From Podarcis cretensis (taxonomy: Eukaryota), in the NCBI GenBank assembly GCA_951804945.1, contig OX638154.1, positions 39,990,001-40,054,000 on the forward strand: a DNA stretch of 64,000 bases, given 5' to 3'. Below the pieces are notes generated by a model. It ran no database searches. It was not told the origin of the DNA and was given only the letters and a program-made list of their open reading frames with translations. Shown one piece after another: positions 1 to 12,982 of this stretch (positions within the stretch are counted from its first letter, which is position 1; every line of letters starts with the position of its first letter). A program made the position numbers and the translations under genes.

Positions 1-580
1 ATAGACTCATAAAAATAAAGTAGCTACACTCCATAAGAAAGAGGAATAACCGACTAGATATAACTATAAGGTGTCTACTTACATACTCATCTCACTAAGA
101 AATATATTGATGGTTTTCTGCTGTCTGGTTAAAAATCATCTTCCTCGAGTAAGACTCTACTGGTGATATCATCATGTGAAAGACTCCCTGCGGGGGATAT
201 TTTGACAGAAAGTGTGATAAAGTATAATACTATGGATATCTCCCCCATTTGCTATTTATGAGGGATTCTGTTACCTAGAGGGATTAATCCTCTATCGTTT
301 TACAGTACAATATAGATTTTCCCCACTGTTTCTCTGCATATATAATAAGCTAACATTCTTAAGCATTGCACACTATGTGACATGTTTTTGTGGCAGGGTT
401 TTTTTTTTTTTTGTTTTTTTTTTGCAAACTAGCAGGGTATTTCCCTTCTCCGTCCTGTCCCAAATCATCACTACCCTGAAAACACACAAATTTCAGCGTT
501 TTTTAAAAAAGAGGATTGTTTCTATGTGGGTTCTTTTGGTTTTTAATTCAGCATGGAAGCACATGTTTTTAATTCAGCAT

Positions 581-733
581 GGCTCGCCAGAGCAGCGATG
601 TCACGCTGGCCACGTGACCCGGAAGTGTCTCCGGACAGCGCTGGCCCCTGGCCTCTTAAGTGAGATGGGCGCACAACCCCAGAGTCTGTCAAGACTGGCC
701 CGTACGGGCAGGGGTACCTTTACCTTTACCTTT
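581..733 (+). mobile_element. Sauria SINE, 5'-truncated young copy
   Basis: Nearly identical to the 3' half of the copy at 27809-28172 and ends in an (ACCTTT)n tail. 10-bp TSD tggaagcaca at 554-563 and 735-744. Confidence 0.92.
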
Positions 734-1324
734 CTGGAAGCACAACTGTAGAGATAAAGAAAATGTGCAGCGGTTCCTTTTTCCTGTGTCAGAAATATGA
801 ATCTTGTCCTTCATACACTGCTTTCCCTGATCCAGTGATCATCCACAGACAAAAGATAAAACCATGAGAACAGCTGTTTAAAAAAAACAAGGAAAAGAAC
901 CCTATAAACTTCACTAAAATCACCACCAACTAAATGCCTTACAGAAATGGAAGGTTTTTTACACTAGAGTTGGGCATTTATTTGATTACTATGCTTTATT
1001 CTCTGTTGGCTGCACAATGGACCTTCCTCTCCCTGTGCACAATCTAAATCTCTTCTGGGTTTCTCCTTGCTCCAGGGTTTCCTCTGGAGCAGATTTGGGG
1101 AGGGTGCAGGTGGCTCATGGAGAGAGTAGAGGCAAGAGTTCTGCCATGGAGGTGGGCAGTATCCAATGAAGTGCTTCCATCATTGCTATTTATGGTATTC
1201 GCATGCCACCAATTTACAAAATGCTCTCTGGGTAGTTCACCAGAGGAAGGGAAGCATGAATAAGAAAAGAAAAAGTAGCAGGATAAAAAGAACGTGCAGC
1301 AAACGAATAACAGCAAAGTGGATA

Positions 1325-1550
1325 CAGTGGTACCTCGGGTTACAGATGCTTCAGTTTACAGACTCCGCTAGCCCAGAAATAGTACCTCGGGATAAGAACT
1401 TTGCTTCAGGATGAGAACAGAAATTGTGTGGCAGTGGCACATGGACAGCGGGAGGCCCCATTAGCTAAAGTGGTACCTCAGGTTAAAAACAGTTTTAGGT
1501 TAAGAACGGACCTCCAGAACAAATTAAGTTCTTAACCCGAGGTACCACTG
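1325..1550. mobile_element. Tc1/mariner-superfamily (Tigger/pogo-like) MITE
   Basis: TIRs CAGTGGTACCTCGGGTTA ... TAACCCGAGGTACCACTG, with a TA target duplication at 1323-1324 and 1551-1552. Confidence 0.9.
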
Positions 1551-3644
1551 TACTAAAAAGCACTAAAAAGCAAGGAGGCTGAGGTAAGAAAATGGGAGAC
1601 CAAAGAGAAGAAGACTGCAGTAGTCAGAGTGAGAAATTACCAGGGCATGAACCATATATTTGCAAAGAAGATAGAGAAGAAGGATTGTACTGTATATTTG
1701 TACAGTTGTAAACAGAGGTGGAACATTATCTTCTTTCTTCACAGCTCCTTTCAGATGTTTGCCTTTTAGAAGGTGGTTTTCACAAAATCTGCAAAATAGA
1801 ATTGGGATATGAAATATCTGGAGTACAAAATGAGTGGCTTTCCTTTTCCCATTTTACTGTATACAAGACAGGTAGTACCTTCTCCTTATTAACACCTTTG
1901 CTGCTCACTAATGTTCTTTTAGTATGAACTCAGAAAATATGGTTTGAATTAACACTAGTGAGTTTGACTCTTTTTTCAAACCTACAATGAATAAATCTGG
2001 GCAAGCTGTAGCAGTACAACAGCCTTCCTTATGAGAATGTTGGCAAATTCTGTTTTTACCTGGGCCAGAAACACTCTTGAAACAGCTTTTCTTGGAGCTG
2101 CTTATGGCTTCTAACCCAACAGAGGCCAGGCCACACAGAAGGACACTGTAACCGGTACAAGTCATATGTACAAGTGGACAATTATTTTCCCCATTCCATT
2201 TTGTAATTCCTCCACTGGTTGGCTCTGCCCCACATTTCACTTGGCCCGTGTTTCCATTTTACATGGAAAATTCCTGTAATTTCAGAGGTAGCACATGTAT
2301 AGCTTCCACTTGCACAGATTTCCATTTATTGTGTTTGTTTGTGAATAATTTTCTATGTGATTGTGTGCATTAGATCACATATCCATATGTGATCATATAC
2401 ACAATCTCATCCTTTTCATGCAATCTTGACTTGCTAGTGTGCATCCTAACATGAATATAGATCCCCCCCACTTCATTCTCTTAAAGGCACAGAGACGGTT
2501 TGTCCAGTTTGACAGTACTGTACTACTTCTAAGTTCTGCATCTAGAAACCTTCTCTAAGAGGAGAAAGAGGCACTGTCCATTTCTTTCTTTCTAACCCAG
2601 TACCACTGAGGCAGAAAACCTACTAATAGTAGGTAAAAGCCACTATAACTTAGCTGTGGCTTAATGGTATATAGTGATGTTTGTCTCTGAGCAAACTCTA
2701 CACAGAGCAATGCAGAACTCTGCAGCTGTTCGCTTTCCATCCTCAGATTTGTCTAAGGCTCTCCTAAGAAAGGAAGGTGCTGTGGTCAGAGGTTCCATTT
2801 TTACCTCTGCTCTCAACTCTTTCAAAGTTCCCAAGGGCCACCATGACCCCCCAGGAGGCTGTTCTTACCCACCACAAGGATCACATTATACGAGACACGG
2901 GCATTTATTTAAGCATTCCTGCTCCTGGTGCCAGGACTAGCTAAAACCAGATTGTCTAGCATCTAGTATTTTTGAGATATTTTTACACTTAAAAGGTGTG
3001 CACAGATGTCTCAGTTCCTCCATCAGAAAAAAAGATATGTTACTCAAGAAGATTTCAACTTCCAAATTAACGTAAGCCCGTTATTAGATCAATCAAAATG
3101 GCACAACATAGAGTGCATGCTTTTGAGTTCTCAAGTAGATTCAATTCTCACTCACCAGGGATTCCTCTTAAGGCCTAATTCAGCCGACTATGATGGGGGT
3201 CCTCAAAGTCTACTTTCTGCAAGTTGACAGACCTGTCGCTCTAATGTGTGAAAATAATTAAGCATTAGGAAAGAAAATTCAATCACAAGGGGAGACAATT
3301 TCATTTCTAGCCTCATCTTTCTGGATTGGTTTCCTGGCGCTCTACTGGAAGCCTCAAACACATTTTCTTTATACCTTATGCCATTTATCACTTTAGATTT
3401 TCGGCAAATACCAGCAATCACAAATCAGCACATTTTTAATTTGCTGGCATGTTTCAGGCACATAATCATACTACATAATGAAGCAGCATAGGCTAACACC
3501 TAAGACTTAACCAGAAATTCTTAAGATTCAAAGAACTGAGGACTGGGGTGTAGTTTAGTGATGGAGACATGTGTAAGGTTAGCTGAAAGAATGTATGTGC
3601 CTACCTGAGCCTTGATATCTCTTCCCTGCTCTGGATTCCGCTGA

Positions 3645-3765
3645 TAAATGAAGTGAGGCTTCTTTAGTAGTGGCACTCCAGCTATGGAATCATATTTCCA
3701 GAGGTGCACCTGGTGCCATCTGTGTGGTCTTTTCAGCACTAGGTGAACACCTTTCTATTCGCCAG
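3645..3765 (+). mobile_element. Decayed L2 LINE ORF2 C-terminal fragment
   Basis: gtggcactccagctatggaat...ttttcagcactaggtgaacacctttctattc resembles the L2 'VAPxLWN.LP...F...LKT.LF' end motif. Confidence 0.5.
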
Positions 3766-4234
3766 TAGTGGGACATATGGGATGGAGCCAGAAAGCCACT
3801 CTCCCGACATACATATCACTGCTGCTTACCTGGACAGGATTGGGGCGGGATGATAGCAAAGTCACACCACCATACAGCTGAGCTGGCACAATCGTCTGGT
3901 TAACCACAGTGTTTTTGATGATGGAACTACATGCCCCAGACCCCACCCATCCAGGTATGACTACAATACCATGCGCACCACTGCAGCTATTCATCCAAGC
4001 CTTTTAAACAACTTAAGCTTCACATTCTGGACCTCTCAATTTTAAATTGTTATAAATTGTGCCTTAAAGTTTAAGTAATTTTTAATAGTTTTATTGGTTT
4101 ATATTGTATTTTAATGTTGCATTTATTATTAATTGCTTTGTAAGCTGCCACGAGAACCTCTGTTATAGGGTGAATATATAAATGTAGGTGATGAAGATGA
4201 AAATAATGTCATTCCTAGTTTAAAATTGATATTG

Positions 4235-4528
4235 AGAGGTTCGGAGGGTGGCAACATGAGAACAGGCTTTCTCTGCAGTGGCTCCCCATCTATGGAATGC
4301 TCTCCCCAAGGTAGTTTGCCTGGCGCCTTCATTATATAGCTTTAGGCACCAGGCAAACATGTTCCTTTTTAAACCAGGCCTTTGGTTGATCTTATTGACA
4401 TCCAATGCCCTTTTAGAATGTGGTTCTTTTTGTTTTTTGTTTGATTTTATATGTTGTGGTCTTGTTTGTAAACCGCCCTGAGACCCCTGGGTATACAGCA
4501 GTGTATAAATTGAATAATAATAATAAAT
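4235..4528 (+). mobile_element. L2 LINE 3' end
   Basis: Encodes AFSAVAPHLWNALPKVVCLAPSLYSFRHQANMFLF (L2 ORF2 terminus), followed by gtaaaccgccctgag...tataaat and an (AAT)n tail. Confidence 0.8.
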
Positions 4529-4774
4529 TACATTGAGAGCTGGAGCGTCGCAGTTAGCCAGATTTGATTCCGTTGCGTCAAATGGGCCAAATACTCTGAG
4601 ATATAAGATACACTAACTTCCTTTACTTTTCTGGAGCTGCAGTACAGTTTTGAACTATAGCTTCCATCTCCCTGATCATTGGCCATGCTGGCTGGGGCTG
4701 ATGAGATTTTGGAGTTCCAAACATCTAGACTGTGTCAGGCCAGAAAAGGAGGTTCACATTGTGCCAAAGCCAGA

Positions 4775-4830
4775 TAGCCTTGGGCATGTCATTATCTTTT
4801 CAGCCTCAGTTTCTCATCTGTAAAAATGGA
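4775..4830 (+). mobile_element. MIR/CORE-SINE fragment
   Basis: ccttgggcatgtcatt...cagcctcagtttctcatctgtaaaaatgg matches the CORE domain consensus. Confidence 0.65.
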
Positions 4831-5009
4831 ACGGTGATCTATAGCAGTGATTTCACAACAAAGGGGTTTTTTTTGGTTGAAAAAACTAATAAAGGAGGGT
4901 CAAGTAGTGTGTGGTTCAATTCAGCATGGTTAACATAACTGCAGGTGTACCACTCCAGGTGAACTGCTGCCCATGTGGGCTAGACCATCTACATGGGTGA
5001 AGTAGATGG

Positions 5010-5248
5010 TTATTAAAGAGAATTACACAAATTCACGGGGGATAAAGCTATTGATGGCTATGTTCTATTTCTACTGATGGAGGCAGTATGCTTCTGAATT
5101 CCAGTTGCTGGAAACCACCAGAGAATGCTGTTGTACTCAGGTCCTGCTTGCAGATTTCCCATAGACATCTGGCTGGCCACTGTGAGAACAGGATGCTGGA
5201 CTAGATGGGCCACTGGCCTGATCCAGCAGCTTTCAGCTTATGTTCTTA
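5010..5248 (+). mobile_element. CR1 LINE 3' end
   Basis: ggccactgtgagaacaggatgctggactagatgggccactggcctgatccagcag...cttatgttctta is a typical squamate CR1 3' UTR and tail. Confidence 0.8.
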
Positions 5249-5653
5249 AGTCTTTCCTATTCAGCTAACTTTGCTTGCATACATGGCCTGGTTTGCCACA
5301 CATAAATAGCTAACCATATGGAGAGGTAGGCCTGCAGATAGAGTCCTTGGCACCAACTATGTATATGGGGTAATGTTTGAATTGAACCTAATCAAAATGA
5401 ATGTAGAGACCCTTGTGTAGAGTGTGTCACAGCACATGTTTCCATTTGAACTACTGCAGCATGAAGCACACAAAAGCCCTCACTTGTCCCCAGTTCCTTC
5501 AGTTAGTGTCCCTTTGTTCTCTTCATACTTCCCTTGCATAGTACATTTCCAGCAGGACCACTGACATTGGGTGGACTCTGGGCTGGAAGGCTACTAGAAT
5601 TAGCTTTCATATTGTGTTTGTTCTGGAAAGATAAGAGGGAAAAGAGTGAGCGT

Positions 5654-5689
5654 GGAGGGAGGGAGGGAGGGAGGGAGGGAGGGAGGGGA
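5654..5689 (+). repeat. (GGGA)n microsatellite, G-quadruplex-capable
   Basis: Direct reading of the GGGA array. Confidence 0.9.
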
Positions 5690-7435
5690 GCAGTGCGGAA
5701 GTTATGCATGAATCCATACTGTGAAATTAATACCAAGAGATATGCTCTAGGCTAGCAATATTTCTACGGGATTTATTTTGGAAATGGAATATTTTTACCT
5801 CAGGCGATAGACCTGTCTCCCTCACCCCACTGGCTTCCAATCCCGGTGCTGAGGAAGCCAATGGATACATTTTCTGTCGGCTCTGTGGAACAACTCTAGC
5901 TTGCAATGTGATACTGAGGAGGAATTTTAATTTCATGCTGTGTACGGCAGGCGCATGCACCAGTAGCAGTTGTATAATTTCAGATATGAATAGATGTACA
6001 GTATTCATAAGATGAACGAATGTGTTGCCTGCCATGCAGCTTTCATTTCTTCTAGCCTCTTTGCCATGTGCACATCACCCTTGTTGTCCACTCGTCATTG
6101 CTCTTGCTAAAATTGAAAGTATGTCTTTGCCAGATGGACATGTACAGCAGCGAGAGGAGTGTGTCTCTTGGTTACACTACGAGCAAGTTCACGGCCCTTT
6201 TGTTGCTTTAATTTCTCTGAGAAGATCCAAACATGATGCTGTTTTGCTTGGAAGGTGATATTTTTAACCTCCTGCCTCTCTTGCTTAGCTTTACAAGCTT
6301 TAAACGAGAGCAGCGGTAAGACAGCAGAACCCATTAGTGCTGCTAGGATTACAGGCAGGTTGTTAAATAATTAGCTACTTTATTTTCTTAAGTGAATCAC
6401 CCACTGGTGGAAATGGTTGGGCTGATGGCCCTGGAGATGTAGGATACTTATTTCCTTGCTTGACAAATCTGATGGTAAAAGCAATTCTGTTGGTGTTGTA
6501 TAGTCTATGTGCAAAAGTTTAGGACAAGGGAGTTTCATTCTCTGCATCACTATAAAAGTGTTGCACACAAGAAGAGCCCTGGGTTGATGGCTGTTCTGGC
6601 TGAAATCTCAGCTGTAAAACAAATATGCCAAAGCCAAGAAAAGCTTTAAATGTCTTCTAACACCATCTCTGAGATGAACAACTTTGCCTGTTCTCATACT
6701 AAACTGTTTGTAAACACAGCCACGCATTCCACCATGTCCATCAAAATCAACAGACTTTGTTGCTTCACAGATGAATAAATCTTCAGCTGTATGGAAGTAG
6801 ATCTTGCTAATTTGTCTGTGTGGTTGGGAAAAGATGAATACCTAAAATCATATGTTGCAGTTGCCCGAGAAGTGAATACAGAGGCAGAAAGCCTAAGGTT
6901 TGAGGGATTTATCAATAGAATTAGCAGAATTGGCTGGGATAGGTGGGTTTGTAAATGAGACTAGAAGCATTTGCAACAATACAAATGATCCTTGCTCCTT
7001 TTCTCATCTTATCTACTTGACAGCCACTGGCAATGCACTAAGTTGAAACCCAGCAGTGATGGAGCTAGCTATTTGCATTTCCTGCCAACCTGCTTGAAGG
7101 ATGGAGGAACCCGGCAGAGTCACCAGATGGACCTTGCTTTGTAGAAATTAACAATCCTGATGGGTTTGTCAGGCCACCACATCCTCTCTTGACTCTTAAT
7201 TCCCATCCTGTAATTCGTTTTCAATCCACCAGGTGGAGAATGACTATTGTCATTGTCTAAAAGCACTGTTGGTCTTGGTTTGAGGGCTGCGTATCCACCT
7301 AAGAAAGAGATGCACAGCTGAAAGAGTAAGGTGGTTCATAGATAGGATGTTCTCCAATCATCAGCTGCAGGATGTGATTGATTGATTTAGGACAAGCATC
7401 ACTCATGCTTGATTTAGAGGCTTTCTAGTCAGAAA

Positions 7436-7777
7436 TAGGAATGTTGGAGGAATTCAATTTCTACACGTTCTTCTGCAAACTGCACCCACTAGATGTATGT
7501 GTGGATCGTAACGGAGTTGTCCTTTGCATTTCTCTAAGTTTTGAGATACAGTTTGCAACTCAAGAAATATTCTGAAATGCTTTGAAATGTATATTTTAGG
7601 ATGAAATATGTTTAGAAATGCATGCATGGGATTGAGTGTGGAAATACACATTCAAATATGAATTTACATACAAAATTCAAAATTGCAGATTGGTGCAGAA
7701 ATGGGAGGGAACAAACCTATGAATGAACACATGCGAAACTGGCATGGATTGAAAATGGACGGATCCAGCCATCCCTA
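7436..7777. mobile_element. hAT-type non-autonomous DNA transposon
   Basis: Ends TAGGAATG ... CATCCCTA, with an 8-bp TSD gtcagaaa (7428-7435) / gtcagaac (7778-7785). Confidence 0.7.
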
Positions 7778-9139
7778 GTCAGAACCAGAAATGCTATTTT
7801 TAGTGTAAGAAATGCACATTTCCAAGCTAAGCATGAATTTGGCAATGGCTTATCTCCTAATGCTATGTTAATCTTTGTCTTTTCTTGAATTAGTTATCCT
7901 GCAATGTTCCAACAGGAGATACAGCAGATTAAGATGACCACTCTATCCTTTGAAGGGTCTTTCAAAGGACAGGTTGTGGTAACCATGCTTTCTCCCAGTA
8001 GAAAATGGGGGATTAGCCTTACCCATTCACCCTTCTTACTTCTATGTCACATTCAGACCAGTTATACAACTGGCACAAAGCTGAACTCTCCCCCCACCCA
8101 CCCAGTCCTTAGAATGTGCATGCCCTTCCTCTACACACAAGCCCCGCCTCACAATGATACCAGTTTTTCTGCTTTAAAATAAGGCACTGTGTCTTCCTCC
8201 AACTTAGCCTGCAGCACAAGCATTGTAGTTAACATTCTCAAACCTTTCCTTGAAACCCGTGTGGGTCCTAAGCTTTCCTTATTCTACAAAAATGAAAGTT
8301 TAAATCCTCACAAATGTTATCACAAGGCAAAAGTGGCTTCATGTGCAGCTGATGAGCTGTGCATTCTTGTAAACCTACATGCTTAATTTCTGGGTGATGA
8401 ATGCATTTTAGCCTAACTGTTATCCGTGCACGCACACAAGCTATTTAGACTTAATGGCTATGGATTGATACAGCTGGGGAACTCATTAAAGAGTTCAGCA
8501 GCAAAGCAGACTCATAATTAATAAAATACAGACTTTCATTTGAAATCATTGCCCAGAGTAGCTTGCTAATAGCGGCAGAGCCGTCTGCTTGGTTCAGTCA
8601 AGCGCTCAGTTTGTCACCATTCCTTTGGAAACCCACACGGCCTTGAGTTGGTATTCTCCCCCTAGATGTTAATCTGAGGTGCACATCAAGTTCAACAAAA
8701 TTCCCATCAGCGCCGCTTCATTGATTGAGGTGTTTTCTCTGGGGTTTTGTAGTGGTTGTGGTAATTTAAAAGAAAGGTAGCAACCCCTTGCTCCTCAGAC
8801 ACCTGGGATGAACTCAAAAGAACCTAAGCAGCCAGCAGTTTTGCCTTTCTGGAAGAAAAAAAGAAATTGGGCATAGACTGCAAGTTTACACTTGACCTTC
8901 TAGTTGTTCGTATTTGTGGGCCAAGAAAACCAGGTTCAACTTCCCCTCTGCATGAAGCTTCTTCATACATTTATGATGTAGAGTTTTGTATTGTGTGGCT
9001 CTGAAATGCATGAGACCACCTGCTTCCCCACAGTGAGTGAACTCAAAAGGTTCTGGCAGGTGTACCCTCTGCCGCCACTGCTACTAATACTACAAGTAGC
9101 CATGCAAATAGTGTCCTTGGCAATAGAGATGCCCAATGT

Positions 9140-9262
9140 GATGCCCTCCAGAGGTTGCTGGGCTACAGCCCAGATCACCTCTCACCATTGGTCATGCTGG
9201 CTGGGGCTGATGGAAGTTGTAATCCAACAACATCTGAAAGATACTACACTGGCTACCTCCCC
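9140..9262. mobile_element. Palindromic hAT-like MITE. Other decayed copies lie near 4650-4730, 10420-10493, 22060-22110, 34260-34350, 39045-39150, 42070-42170 and 60990-61090
   Basis: Recurrent internally inverted motif ccctccagatgtt..ggactaca..cccatca...tggccatgctggctggggctgatgg..gttg..tccaacaacatctg. Confidence 0.7.
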
Positions 9263-11794
9263 AGATATCAAATCTAGTGTGTCTTGCTTTAGTTTTCAGC
9301 ACTAGTGCTTTATGGCAGGAGCTGAAGGTAAGCACTATTGAGTTTGAGGATTCAAATAGTATATATACTGCTTTCAGACAACAGTTGGTTAAAGCAGTGT
9401 CATTAGGTAACAGTAGACTGGCTCTCTTTTAATGGTCCTGTGAATTACCTTGCTTGCTTCAAAATATCATAGCTTCATGCTCGTTCTGCTGAGTCCCTGG
9501 ACTTCTTCCCCAAAGTACTGCCCTGATGGCACTATTGGTTAGTTGCTACATTGTCATCTAAAGAACACACTGAGTAAGCTAGGCTGAAATATAAACTAAG
9601 CGCTTGATTATTCCAACTGTACCTGTTGACGATTTTGAATCTTTCAATAATTTTTGTCACAATAAATGGTTCCTAGCAAAACACTGCAGTGGCTCATATT
9701 GTTTCTGCTGTTCCACAAACACAATAAAAATGGATTTTCTTTTCTAATTTGAAGTATAATGCACAGCTGCTTTTTAGTAGAATCAACATGATAAACACTC
9801 ATAATGGCTTGTGCACACTATGGCATAGCAAAAGATTTGCTACCCCATGCTTTGTCTGCATTCAAAACCACAAGACACTGAACCCCACAATGTAATTTGT
9901 CTACAAGTCCTTTGTAGGCCTCAGTTCTTTCCCTTAGAGACTTCTGCAGTACACCAGAGGAGCTGGAATCCTGCTCACCAACCGCATTCTCAGAAGCTGA
10001 ATGCAAACCACAACATGCCTAATGAAATGTGACATTGCAGCAAAGCATTGTTGTTATGAATCTGTGTGGGCTTTTAAAAACAAAACATGGAGAAGCTAAA
10101 GGATGAGTCTTATGAAAAACAGCAATAACCAATCTGGATGTCCTGACAAGTATTAATAGGGCCTTCAAATTGGAGAAGAGGTTGTCTGGGGTGGCACAGA
10201 TTCCTTCAGTTAATATTCCAGGCCAACCCTATCAAAATTACAAATATGCTGAAGGGGAATGGCTTATGGGATAGATTTTTATTTTTAAAAAAACAAGCAT
10301 AAAACTTCAGTAACTTGTATGGGGGAAATCAGATTAACATGTTGGTGCGCACCTGAACATAGTGCCGCTCTTACTTCCATGCATTCACCAAACACACGGA
10401 TGTCTAATGCTGTGTATAACCATTGACCATGCTGGATGGGGTCAACAGGAGTGGGGAGTCCAAATCTGGAGCGTCACATGTTCCCCACCACTGATTTATT
10501 GGTGAGTGATGAATTAGTGGGGACAAAGTATTACTGGAAGTGCTAGTTAAGTGAGGCTAGGGTAGTGTGGGAATTTACTGATGGCAAAGGTCTATGTCAG
10601 GGTGATCCAACATGCGGCCCAACATGTGGTCCCTTTTTTGGCAGCCCTCAGCAACATTTCACACACACACACACCCAGCTCTCATGCTGCCTTACCAAAG
10701 CTTGAGGGCTCTGACAGGGTACTAGAGACCTTCCGCCTCCTTCCCAAAACTTAATTAGCACTTTCCCAGCTTTGGGGAGGTGGTGGGAGGGCTCTTGGAC
10801 TCTACCAGAGTCTTGTACCTCCTTTCCAAAGCCCAGCCTTTCCCCCCCACCCCCATACAACAATTTTTGGCCTTTCTTCCCACACCCACGCATGACAAGT
10901 CAGTCTAGACAAAGGCACTTAAAGATGGAAGGAGATGCATACTGCAGAGTAGTTTAAGGGAGTGCTATTCCATGTATAAAGGAGCAACATGGCAGGAAAT
11001 ACAGAGATGTGAGTGGGAAAAGAAAGCAATGGATTCAGTAGCAAATGAACTTGTGTACAATGCAGAGTAAAAGAAGGGAGCATAAGATAGGGCTAAAATT
11101 AATTTCCTAGTATCCAGCCACAGTCCTAGTGTGGGCAACAATTATGTTCTGCTTTTTCCAACATCTCTCCCCTTTGGGAAGTTTCTATAAATGCATGTCA
11201 TTTGTGAATAAAACTTCTCCCATCTATTTTAGCTTCTGAGCTCCTTATGGATGGCAGCAAATAACTGGAGAATGTGCAGTTCCATGATCCTCCAGTTCAA
11301 ATTTCCTAGGAGCTACCATATCTCACTATTGATCATTTTTTAAATCAATCCATATAATAGTGATTTGCTTCGTTAATTTGATTTATTGCTATTAGATAGC
11401 ACACAGAGAAAAAAGGTTAATAGCTAGTTAGCAAATAACTGATAAATGGCAGTGAACAGCTATGTCTTAAAATGGGCTTGCCACACATGCACAACCCTAT
11501 TTAGGTTGTGCATATAGCAAAGCCTGGTCTCCTGCCTGCAATTCTTCTTTAGTGAAGAAGTCACACCTCTTCTCAAATCAACAGTTTACTAATCAGCTCC
11601 AGCAGAGAAAGAAATCCAGTAGCCATTTTCACCAGTGCTAGCAATCTTTTCCAGCTCCTCAGCTGGCAAACTTTAGAGGACTTGTGCTTGGCAGGAAACA
11701 GCAGGCAGTCAAAACCAATACGGGTACCAAACCCTTAAAAATGGGCTGTGACCATATAGCTTTGTCCCTCACTGACCATCAGAAAACCTGCAAC

Positions 11795-11930
11795 TGACTG
11801 TAGCTCACTGGTGGGGCATCTGCCTTGCAAGCTGAAGGTCCCAGGTTCAGTCCCTGGCATCTCAGTGTAGACGCTGAACTAGATGGACCAATGGTCTGAC
11901 TCGATGTAAGGCAGCTTCATATATTCCTAT
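11795..11930 (+). mobile_element. tRNA-derived SINE with a CR1-like tail (Squam3-like)
   Basis: A-box tagctcactggt and B-box ggttcagtccc, then ctgaactagatggaccaatggtctgactc..taaggcagcttc. Confidence 0.7.
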
Positions 11931-12892
11931 CTAACCTGTTTTGCTCATTAGGAGACCAGAAGCCTGTTGGCAATAGTGAATATTAGGACAGTTAGGCTTG
12001 ACTAAAAAGGTTCTTGTACATTTTTTTTTTTTTACACAGCATTTTGCTTTGTTCCAGTTGTCCTTTTCTTCCTTTATTATTATTAATAAAAATAAACTTC
12101 ACATAATTTGGCTGTTGGAGTCTTGGGTGTGTTATTGTAATCTCCCATGTGCCAAGTTGCCGGGCACATACTACTTGAGTTGGGACTGAGCAGGCTGCAG
12201 GTGGGATAGGCAGCTGGATGCTGGTTCTGTGTTCCTGTTAAGTGCAGTGATGCATTTATGGGAGGGAAAACGGGAGGCAATTCTCCAGGGTGGTGAATTT
12301 GAGGAGGCAGCATTTGCCAGACCAGCAGAGGGCCTTGACTCTTAATTTTTTTAAAAAGTAAAAAAAAAAAAGTTTGCATGTGCTCTAGGAGAAATGTCAT
12401 AAGCCTATATGTGAGCCCCTCTCCCTCACAATTTCTGTGAAATGTGCTACTGTAGCTTGGCTGCTCTAAATCACCCTAATGAATGAAGTCAGAGCTGTCG
12501 GCTAAGGGTGCAGGAGCCCTTTCCAGGGACCCCACACGTGTCTCCACCAGACAGAGCCAGCAACAGTTCCTTCCTTGGTGGCCCAGGACTTATTTCTCCC
12601 ACTACTCCCTGGCAGGTCAGACAGGATCTTTTCCTCTTCTTCCTCTTCCCCTTTCTGGCAACAGGGGTGATGGTAGAAGAAACAGGTAAAAATGCAGCAG
12701 GATGGAATGGACTGTCTTGACTTGAGCAACATTGGGCAACAACAGGTTCTGTTGTTTATGGGGCAATTCTCTTCCTCCTCCTCTGTGCCTCTACCCACTG
12801 AAAGGGGATTCTGGTTTATGATTCAGAATCTGTAGGGATCCGTGTCCCACTTATACTCCTGCCCCACTGCTCTTGAAACTTCCCTATCACTT

Positions 12893-12982
12893 GCTGCCCA
12901 TTCCTATACATGTTTACTCAGCAGTAAGTCCCACTGTATCCAATTAGGAATATTCTCAGGTAGTGCATACAGGATTGCAGTC
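12893..12982. mobile_element. Short palindromic MITE (gctgcaatcct...aggattgcagc family); a related piece lies at ~28287-28420
   Basis: cctatacatgtttactcag..gtaagtccc ... gcatacaggattgcag forms an imperfect inverted repeat. Confidence 0.55.

Noticed and set aside
202-228. Perfect bacterial sigma70 hexamers TTGACA and TATAAT
   Set aside because: The spacer is only 15 nt, no ORF follows, and the context is a vertebrate intron. Most likely chance.
377-751. Repeated ORF peptide GSPEQRCHAGHVTRKCLRTALAPG (also at 28009 and 55996)
   Set aside because: It is a translation of the non-coding Sauria SINE body, not a gene family.
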